Source: a candidate division WOR-3 bacterium (GTDB lineage Bacteria > Hydrothermota > Tepidihabitantia > Tepidihabitantales > Tepidihabitantaceae). From it: a DNA stretch of 64,000 bases. How positions within the stretch are numbered: position 1 is the stretch's first letter; each line of letters opens with the position of its first letter. Shown here piece after piece: positions 19,131-26,058 of the stretch. Both the position numbers and the translations under genes were made by a program. The notes beneath the pieces are model-generated. The model was not told the DNA's origin, searched no databases, and was given only the letters and a program-made list of their open reading frames with translations. The stretch is taken from positions 49,243 through 113,242 of the forward strand of contig CBFGJX010000005.1 in assembly GCA_965649225.1 (NCBI GenBank). The letters run 5' to 3'.

Positions 19131-20864
19131 GTGGAGATTTCGGGGACGCCGTCGCCAACCGTTGCCGAGCTGCGACAACTGCTTGCTGATGCCACTGATG
19201 ACAATGACCGTGAAGTGCTGCTGGACAAGCTGGCGAAAGCCCTGGCCAAGTCAGAACCTGATTCGGCGGTCGAGTATCTGAAAGCCGCTGCCGTCCTGGC
19301 ACGCCGGGCCGGTGCGGCGCGCCGGCTGGCCCGTCATGCGATCGATGCCGCCGAGCTGCTGGAACAATTCGGCCGTTCGGACGAGGCAGAGACATTCCTG
19401 CCTGCGATCGTCGAAGCAGCGGGACTGGCGCAGAACGAGACCGACCGGCAGGTGATTCTGGGGCAGCGTGATTATGTCGAAGCGACGATTGCCTACAACC
19501 GGGGTGACTTCGGGCTGGCCCGGGAGCTTTTTCGGCTGGCGGATGGACACTGGGAGTCGGCCGGACTGGCTGAAGGGCGGCAGGCAGTTCAAGTGATGCT
19601 GGGCAATATTGCGATTCTGACCGGCAACCTCGGCGAGGCGCTGGCGCGGGAGCGGGCGGCGGCAGAAGTGGCGGCAGAACTGCAGGACTGGACTTCCTGG
19701 GCGAATGCGATGAACAACGTCGCCCTGACTTTGCTGCGGCTGGGACGCTGGGATGATGCGGTTGTTGCCCTGCAGCAGCTGGTCGATTCGATGCCGATCG
19801 AGGACCGCGTCTGTTCGGCTCACGCCTGTTCGTCGCTGGCAGAGGTGCTGATCTATCGCGACCGGATTGACGAGGCTGTGGCAGTTCTGAACCGGGGGCT
19901 TGAACTCTGCAGCGGGGTTTCACTGTTTGAGTTTGATCCGATCCGACAGGACATCGAGGCCAGTCTGGGCAGGGCATTGCATCGCCAGGGCCGGTTCGGC
20001 GAGGCAAAGGCAGTCTATCGGCGGATTGTGAACAGTTACGGCAAAGAGCCGGCAACGCGTGTAGTGGTGCTGGGTCAACTGGCCGAAGTGCTTGCCGATG
20101 CCGGAGAAATCGACGAGGCGCTGGAATGCTGTCGGCAGTCGCTTGAACTGGCACGCAATCATGACCTGCGGCTGGCCGAGGCGGCAGGGCTGAGGGTTGA
20201 AGCCAATCTGCTGGTCGCAACCGGGCGCCGGGTTGAGGCAGAGCAGGACTTTGCGCGAGCGGTCGAACTGCTGGCCGACATCGATGATTCCTACGACCGG
20301 GGGCTGATTCTGGCTGATTTCGCCCGGCTGCTGATTGAACTGGGACAGAACGACCGGGCGCAGGGTATGCTCAACGAAGCCGACCGCGTCTTCCGCCGGC
20401 TGGGCGCGTTGCGGGAAACAGTCAACGTCAATCGCCTGTCGTTTCAGCTGCAATGCAGCCATGACCCGGACGGGGCGGTATTGAAAACGGTGGCCGGGCT
20501 GTTGTCGATTGGACTGGCGCCGGAGGTGCTGTGTCGCGAGGCGCTGGAGCGGGTCTGCAGTGCCTACGGATTTGAGCACGGCGCGATAGTCGCCGGCGAC
20601 AGGGTCGTCGCGAAGCGTGGCGAGCCGGACATGGCACGGGCGGCAGGAGTCAGTGACAGTGTGGGCGCGACGTCCGAAGACGGCAACTGCATGGTCTGGC
20701 CGGTGACCAGAGCCGGTGTGACTGTCGGTGCGATATGCCTGCAAAGAACAACGGCGGCACCGGCGGCGCTTTATCCGCTGGCGCTGGGTGCGGTGGCCAG
20801 CCTGCTCGGGGCTGTCATTGGTGTTGCCGGAAGCCGGCAGGAAACTGCCGCTCCAACCGGCTAG
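19131..20864 (+). CDS. TPR + GAF-like protein, paralog of the sensory half of the 12833 regulator, with no AAA+/HTH
   Basis: Shared segments NNVALTLLRLGRWDDAV / DNICLALTQLGRWEDAV, DDSYDRG / EDSYELA, RVFRRL, LKTVAGLLSIGL / LKGVSGLVSLGL. Confidence 0.85.
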   Translation: MEISGTPSPTVAELRQLLADATDDNDREVLLDKLAKALAKSEPDSAVEYLKAAAVLARRAGAARRLARHAIDAAELLEQFGRSDEAETFLPAIVEAAGLAQNETDRQVILGQRDYVEATIAYNRGDFGLARELFRLADGHWESAGLAEGRQAVQVMLGNIAILTGNLGEALARERAAAEVAAELQDWTSWANAMNNVALTLLRLGRWDDAVVALQQLVDSMPIEDRVCSAHACSSLAEVLIYRDRIDEAVAVLNRGLELCSGVSLFEFDPIRQDIEASLGRALHRQGRFGEAKAVYRRIVNSYGKEPATRVVVLGQLAEVLADAGEIDEALECCRQSLELARNHDLRLAEAAGLRVEANLLVATGRRVEAEQDFARAVELLADIDDSYDRGLILADFARLLIELGQNDRAQGMLNEADRVFRRLGALRETVNVNRLSFQLQCSHDPDGAVLKTVAGLLSIGLAPEVLCREALERVCSAYGFEHGAIVAGDRVVAKRGEPDMARAAGVSDSVGATSEDGNCMVWPVTRAGVTVGAICLQRTTAAPAALYPLALGAVASLLGAVIGVAGSRQETAAPTG

Positions 20865-21250
20865 GTTGGGCCGGAATCGGCGTTCAAAAACAGTCTCAGC
20901 TGGGCAGCGGCAATCGTGACAAGCAGCCGGAGGTTCAGTCCGCGGGCAGCCCAGCGGCTGACAAGCCGGGCAGTTTCGGCCGGCAGCGCTGGCCGTTTCG
21001 CCCGGCGTCCGAGCAGGGCCCAAACCGAGCGGCCGAAGGTCAAATAGGCCGGCCGCAGGGCGACTGCAACGCCGTGACGGTCGGTTACGGCAGTGGTGGC
21101 AAGGTCAACGGCCGCCTGTTCAAGCTGGGCGGCGTGAAGATGCCGGACAGACTCTCCGTCAGCGGCAGGACAGTTGTGGCGATACCGCCGCGCCGCCCGA
21201 TCGGCCCGGTGGTCGAAGTTGTCGTTCGCAGGCGGCGTGATGGTCATCAC
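20861..21250 (-). CDS. Small basic helical protein resembling the SIRV2/rudivirus major capsid protein
   Basis: AV....GV....R..Y..FG..V...L.R....PAL pattern; fills an otherwise empty gap; its stop shares the CTAG tetramer with the convergent TPR gene's stop. Confidence 0.6.
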   Translation of the reverse strand: MMTITPPANDNFDHRADRAARRYRHNCPAADGESVRHLHAAQLEQAAVDLATTAVTDRHGVAVALRPAYLTFGRSVWALLGRRAKRPALPAETARLVSRWAARGLNLRLLVTIAAAQLRLFLNADSGPT

Positions 21251-21577
21251 CGGTTAGAGCCGGTTGCAGGTAAATCGGCGACAATGGGATTCCACCGGTG
21301 TTGCGCCGTCCGGTTGCAAACTGTGCCGGGTCGGGCGGTTGCCGGGTTATGTTGTTTTTGAAAACCGGATTCTGCCCGTTCCGCCTCCGGGTCGGTCACG
21401 GCCGCAACAATGTCTGCTCTCGAACATGCCCTGGGCAGGTATTTCGGCCGGAAAGTCAGCGACGAACACGGACTGATGCACCGGCTGGCGGACTGGTTCC
21501 GGCCGGGTGTCAGTGGCAGTATCCGGGTGGCGGCAGGGTCTGGTTGGTTTGCAGTCTGTCTGGTTGAGTCCTGATGC

Positions 21578-21605
21578 TTGACGGGCGGGCAGATTCGGCT
21601 ATCTT
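21578..21605 (+). promoter_or_regulatory. sigma70-type promoter of the etf-hdr operon
   Basis: TTGACG-N16-TATCTT, about 90 nt upstream of an AGGAGG SD. Confidence 0.6.
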
Positions 21606-21698
21606 GTGCGTCCTGTCCATTCGGTTCATGACTAACGAGCTTTCCTTTTGCAGTGTCTGTCAGCATTTGACTGTTTTGTGTTGCACCAGGAGGTCGTG

Positions 21699-22457
21699 TT
21701 GGAGATAGCAGTCTGCCTCAAACGCGTGCCGGATACTTCCGAAGCGGATGTGAAAGTCGATGTTTCGGGCCGGGACATTGTGACCGAGCGTCTGGCGTTC
21801 ACCATCAATGAATCAGACAACTATGCCCTGGAAGAAGCGCTACTGGCCAAGGAGAAGCTGGGGGCCAATGTGACGCTGGTTTCGGTCGGTCCGAAACCGG
21901 CGGAAGAAGTGCTGCGGATGGGGCTGGCCAAGGGCGCGACAGCGGCGGTGCGGATTGACGACACCGGGCTGACCGGTGCCGGGCCGGTTGCGGTTGCCCG
22001 GGCGCTCGCCGGCTTTTTCGCTACCCGGCAGTTTGACATCATTTTTACCGGTTGCATTGCGGCTGATGACGGCAGCTCCACTGTCGGGCCGGCGCTGGCC
22101 GAACTGCTGGGCATGCCGCACGCGGCCTATGTGACCCGGCTGGAATACGCCGACGGGTCGGTGACGGTCAAACGGGAGCTGGAAGGGGGAATGCTCGAAG
22201 TCAAACAGCTCAGCCTGCCCTGTGTGATTACAATTCAGACCGGCGGCAATACGCCGCGCTATGCTTCAATCATGGGCATCAAGCGTGCCGGGGCACGGCC
22301 GATTGAGACGGTGACGCCGGCGGCAGTGACGGCGGACATCGAGCTGGTCCGGTTGTTTGTGCCCGAGCTGGCCGGGGCAGCCGAGATGATAGAAGGCACG
22401 ATAGATGAAAAGGCGGCACGGCTTGCCCGGTTGATCAAGGAGAAGGGAGTACTGTGA
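21699..22457 (+). CDS. etfB: Electron transfer flavoprotein beta subunit
   Basis: IAVCLKRVPDT, INESDNYALEEA, VKRELEGG, PRYASIMGI; TTG start 5 nt after AGGAGG. Confidence 0.93.
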   Translation: MEIAVCLKRVPDTSEADVKVDVSGRDIVTERLAFTINESDNYALEEALLAKEKLGANVTLVSVGPKPAEEVLRMGLAKGATAAVRIDDTGLTGAGPVAVARALAGFFATRQFDIIFTGCIAADDGSSTVGPALAELLGMPHAAYVTRLEYADGSVTVKRELEGGMLEVKQLSLPCVITIQTGGNTPRYASIMGIKRAGARPIETVTPAAVTADIELVRLFVPELAGAAEMIEGTIDEKAARLARLIKEKGVL

Positions 22458-23425
22458 TGGGCGACATCGCAGTTCTGGTTGAACACCGCGGCGGGGCGCT
22501 GCGCGACGTGACGCTGGAAATGCTGGCCGCGGCGCGTGGTCTGGCGGAACAGAGCGGCGCCAGTGTCGAAGCGCTGCTGCTGGCCGACCGGGCCGAACCG
22601 TTGATTGAGCCGCTGCGCGGGCTGGCGCATCGAGTAGTCTGGGCGGCGAGACCGGAATTCGCCAGTTTTAATTATGAATCCTACCAGCGGGCGGCAGTTA
22701 AGTATCTGGCCGAGCGGCGGCCAAAGGTGCTGCTGGTTGCCCACTCGGCTTTTGGTGTTGACCTTGGACCGAGCCTGGCAGTTGCTGCCGGCTGTCCGGT
22801 GATTTCGGATGCAGTGACGCTGCAGCCTGAAGGGGAGGGGCTGAGGGTTGTACGCGGGATGTATTCGGGCAAGCTCAACGCCGAATGGCGGTTGCGGGGT
22901 GAACCGCTGGTGGTGATGGTTCGCCAGTCAAGCTACAAGCCGGAACCGGCGGCGCTGGCGACGGAGATGCTGAACTGGGACCCGGCCGACTGCACTGCTC
23001 AGAAGACGAAATTCATCACGATTGAAGAGGTGCCGGTTGCCGGGGTTGATATCACCAAGGCGACGGTGATTGTTGCGGTCGGGCGTGGTATCAAGGAGGA
23101 AAAGAATCTGGCGCCGATTCGGGAACTGGCGGCGGCGATGGGCGCAGTGCTGGCCGCATCACGGCCGGTGGTCGATGCCGGCTGGCTGCCGAAAGAGGTG
23201 CAGGTCGGTTCCTCGGGCAAGACGGTGAAGCCCAAACTTTATCTGGCGCTGGGTATTTCCGGTGCGTTCCAGCATGTTGCCGGCATGAAGGGGGCCGAAA
23301 CCATCATTGCCGTCAACAAGGACCCGAAAGCACCGATTTTCGCCACCGCTCACTACGGCATTGTCGATGACCTGCACAAGGTGGTGCCGGTTCTGAAAGA
23401 GCGGATAAAGGAGCTGGTCGCGTGA
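22457..23425 (+). CDS. etfA: Electron transfer flavoprotein alpha subunit
   Basis: [45 protein letters not shown]. Confidence 0.95.
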   Translation: MGDIAVLVEHRGGALRDVTLEMLAAARGLAEQSGASVEALLLADRAEPLIEPLRGLAHRVVWAARPEFASFNYESYQRAAVKYLAERRPKVLLVAHSAFGVDLGPSLAVAAGCPVISDAVTLQPEGEGLRVVRGMYSGKLNAEWRLRGEPLVVMVRQSSYKPEPAALATEMLNWDPADCTAQKTKFITIEEVPVAGVDITKATVIVAVGRGIKEEKNLAPIRELAAAMGAVLAASRPVVDAGWLPKEVQVGSSGKTVKPKLYLALGISGAFQHVAGMKGAETIIAVNKDPKAPIFATAHYGIVDDLHKVVPVLKERIKELVA

Positions 23426-25401
23426 ACGACAAGACTCAGGCGCGGATTGGAGTTTATGTCTGCCACTGCGGTGTCAACATCGCCCAGACCGTTGATGTTG
23501 CGGCGGTAGCTGAATACGCCGCCCGCCTGCCCGGAGTGGTGGTTGCCCGCGACTATCTGTACATGTGTTCCGACCCGGGGCAGGCATTGATCAAGAAGGA
23601 CATCAGGGAACACAATCTGACCCGGGTTGTTGTTGCGGCGTGTTCACCGCGGATGCACGAGCCGACTTTCCGCGGCGCGGTGTTTGGTGCCGGCATGAAT
23701 CCCTATATGTTCGAGATGTGCAACATCCGGGAGCAGTGTTCCTGGGTTCATCCGGACCGGACTGAAGCTACCATCAAGGCCAAGGACCTTTTGCGCAGTG
23801 CCGTTGCCCGGGCCCGGCTGCTGGAAGAGTTGTCCGAGCGTTTTGCCGGCGTGAGCAAGGCAGTGCTGGTAGTGGGCGGCGGCATCGCCGGTATTCAGGC
23901 AGCGCTGGATGTTGCCGAGGCCGGCTACAAAGTCTATCTGGTCGAGAAGTCGCCATCGATCGGCGGGCACATGGCGCAGCTGGACAAGACTTTCCCGACA
24001 CTGGACTGCTCGGCCTGCATCCTGACCCCGAAGATGGTTGACGCCGCCCGGCATCCGAACATCGAGCTGATTACGCTTGCCGAAGTCACTTCGGTCAGCG
24101 GTTTTGTCGGCAACTTCAAGGCCCGGGTGCGGCAGCAGCCGCGGTTTGTCAATCTGGCCGAGTGTACCGCCTGCGGCGATTGTGCCAAAGTCTGTCCGCA
24201 GCGGTTTCCGGACGAGTTCAATCTCGGACTCTCGACCCGGGGCGCAATCTATCAGCCGTTTCCGCAGGCGGTGCCGGCGGCTTTTGTCCGTAACGAGCAG
24301 CAGTGTCTGGGCAGTCTGCCGCTGGCCTGCGGCAAGTGCATCCAGGCCTGTGAGAAGAAGTGCATTGACTTCGACCAGTCAATCATCGAGCGGGAGCTGG
24401 AAGTCGGGGCAATCATCATTGCCACCGGCATGGAGGTTTTTGACCCGACGGTACTGCCGGAGTTCGGCTACGGCAAGTACGACGACGTGCTGACCGCACT
24501 GGAGTTCGAACGGCTGAGTTCGGCGGGCGGGCCAACCGGCGGCAAGATTGTCCGGATCAGCGACTGCGAGCCGCCCCGAGATGTCGTGTTCATTCACTGC
24601 GTTGGTTCGCGCGACAAGGCCATTGGTAATGAGTACTGCTCACGCGTCTGCTGCATGTTCATCATCAAGCAGGCGCATTTGCTGCATGACAAGCTGCCCG
24701 AGTGCCGGATTACTTCCTACTACATGGACATTCGAGCATTTGGCAAGGGCTTCGAGGAGTTCTACGACCGGGTGCGCGACGAAGGTGTAATCTTCCGTCG
24801 CGGCAAGCCCTCGGAGATTTTCCGGCGGGGCGAACGACTGGTGGTGCGGGTAGATGATACCCTGCTCGGGCGGGTGATTGAGCACGAGACCGACATGGTC
24901 GTACTCGGAGTTGGACTGGTGCCCAGTGAAGGTGCCCGGGAACTGGCCCAGATGCTGAAGCTGTCCTGCTCGGCTGACCGGTTTTTCCTCGAGGCCCATC
25001 CGAAGCTGCGGCCGGTTGATTCGACGATCGACGGCGTTTATCTGGCCGGCTGCTGCCAGGGGCCGAAAGACATTCCGGATACGGTGGCACAGGCCAAGGG
25101 TGCGGCAGCCGCCGCGATCGCCCTGCTCAACCGGGGCAAGGTGCGGATTGAGCCGGTGGTGGCCGAGATTAACGCTGAGCTCTGTTCCGCCTGTCACATC
25201 TGCGAGGCGCTCTGCCCCTATTCGGCGCTGGCGTTTGACCCTGCCCGCGGAGTGATGACTGTCAATGACGTGCTGTGCAAGGGTTGCGGTGTCTGTCCGT
25301 CAGCCTGCCCTTCGGGCGCAATAACGATGCGGCACTTCACCAATGCTCAGATTGTCGCCCAGGTCGATGCGCTGATGGTCGGCGAAGCGGCGGAGGCATA
25401 G
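23422..25401 (+). CDS. hdrA: Heterodisulfide reductase subunit A-like flavoprotein
   Basis: CHCGVNIA, AACSPRMHE, NIREQCSWVH, GGGIAG, KTFPTLDCSACI, CVGSRD..YCSRVCC, inserted and C-terminal 2x[4Fe-4S] ferredoxin motifs. Confidence 0.95.
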   Translation: MNDKTQARIGVYVCHCGVNIAQTVDVAAVAEYAARLPGVVVARDYLYMCSDPGQALIKKDIREHNLTRVVVAACSPRMHEPTFRGAVFGAGMNPYMFEMCNIREQCSWVHPDRTEATIKAKDLLRSAVARARLLEELSERFAGVSKAVLVVGGGIAGIQAALDVAEAGYKVYLVEKSPSIGGHMAQLDKTFPTLDCSACILTPKMVDAARHPNIELITLAEVTSVSGFVGNFKARVRQQPRFVNLAECTACGDCAKVCPQRFPDEFNLGLSTRGAIYQPFPQAVPAAFVRNEQQCLGSLPLACGKCIQACEKKCIDFDQSIIERELEVGAIIIATGMEVFDPTVLPEFGYGKYDDVLTALEFERLSSAGGPTGGKIVRISDCEPPRDVVFIHCVGSRDKAIGNEYCSRVCCMFIIKQAHLLHDKLPECRITSYYMDIRAFGKGFEEFYDRVRDEGVIFRRGKPSEIFRRGERLVVRVDDTLLGRVIEHETDMVVLGVGLVPSEGARELAQMLKLSCSADRFFLEAHPKLRPVDSTIDGVYLAGCCQGPKDIPDTVAQAKGAAAAAIALLNRGKVRIEPVVAEINAELCSACHICEALCPYSALAFDPARGVMTVNDVLCKGCGVCPSACPSGAITMRHFTNAQIVAQVDALMVGEAAEA

Positions 25402-25839
25402 ATGGCTGAGTTTGAACCCCGAATACTCGGTTTTGCCTGCAACTGGTGCTGCTATGCCGGTGCCGACCTTGCGGGTACGACGCGGATGACCTATCCGGCC
25501 AATCTGCGGATTATCCGGGTGATGTGTTCCGGGCGGATCGACCCGCAGTTTGTTCTGCGGGCTTTCGCCGAGGGCGCCGATGGCGTTTTCATCGGCGGCT
25601 GTCATCCCGGCGACTGCCACTATGTTTCGGGCAATTACAAGACTCAGCGTCGGGTGGCACTGCTGCGGCAGCTGCTGGCCGGTTTGAATATCGAGCCGGA
25701 GCGGTTGGAGCTGCAATGGGTGTCGGCTTCTGAGGGGCAGCGTTTTGCCGAAGCGGTAACGGCTTTCACCGAGAAGGTTCGCCGGCTGGGGCCGCTGGGT
25801 TATGTTCCGCTCGGACATGCCCGGCCGGTTTCGCATTAG
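25402..25839 (+). CDS. mvhD: MvhD/FlxD-type [2Fe-2S] subunit
   Basis: CNWCCYAGADLAG, IRVMCSGRIDP, GGCHPGDCHY, WVSASEG. Confidence 0.95.
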   Translation: MAEFEPRILGFACNWCCYAGADLAGTTRMTYPANLRIIRVMCSGRIDPQFVLRAFAEGADGVFIGGCHPGDCHYVSGNYKTQRRVALLRQLLAGLNIEPERLELQWVSASEGQRFAEAVTAFTEKVRRLGPLGYVPLGHARPVSH

Positions 25840-25871
25840 CCGGCGGGACGCGCGACGGGCGGTCACGCGGG

Positions 25872-25901
25872 TTGACACCATAACCAACAGCGTCGTATAA
25901 T
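25872..25901 (+). promoter_or_regulatory. Consensus sigma70 promoter for the two surface-protein genes
   Basis: TTGACA(25872-25877)-N18-TATAAT(25896-25901). Confidence 0.75.
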
Positions 25902-26058
25902 CTGGCGTCAGATGGCTGAAGCCGGAGGCGGGCCGGCGACAGCGCTGGCCGTCGTCGGGACCCCTCCGCACTGAAGCCCCGGCCCGGTTGCTCGGGTGCG
26001 GGTTACCACCTGAGACAAGTTCTGTAGTTTGGCCTGTTGGACAGAAGAGGAGGCGCAG

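Noticed and set aside
21300..21335. Possible sigma54 promoter (minus strand CGGCACAGTTTGCA) upstream of the capsid-like ORF
   Set aside because: GG-to-GC spacing is 8 nt, not the required 10
20864..21600. Frameshifted AAA+ remnant continuing the 19131 TPR gene
   Set aside because: No Walker A, DEI or WPGN motifs in the downstream translations examined
21247..21666. Short ORFs between the capsid-like gene and etfB
   Set aside because: No SD, motif or coding-like composition; the longest overlaps the etf promoter
23422..25839. Selenocysteine recoding in HdrA/MvhD
   Set aside because: Both ORFs are open with Cys at the conserved positions; no in-frame TGA
25990..26050. TPP-riboswitch-like GGGTGC...CTGAGA
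   Set aside because: The downstream ACCTGA...GCGNAGG half is missing and the downstream genes are unrelated to thiamine
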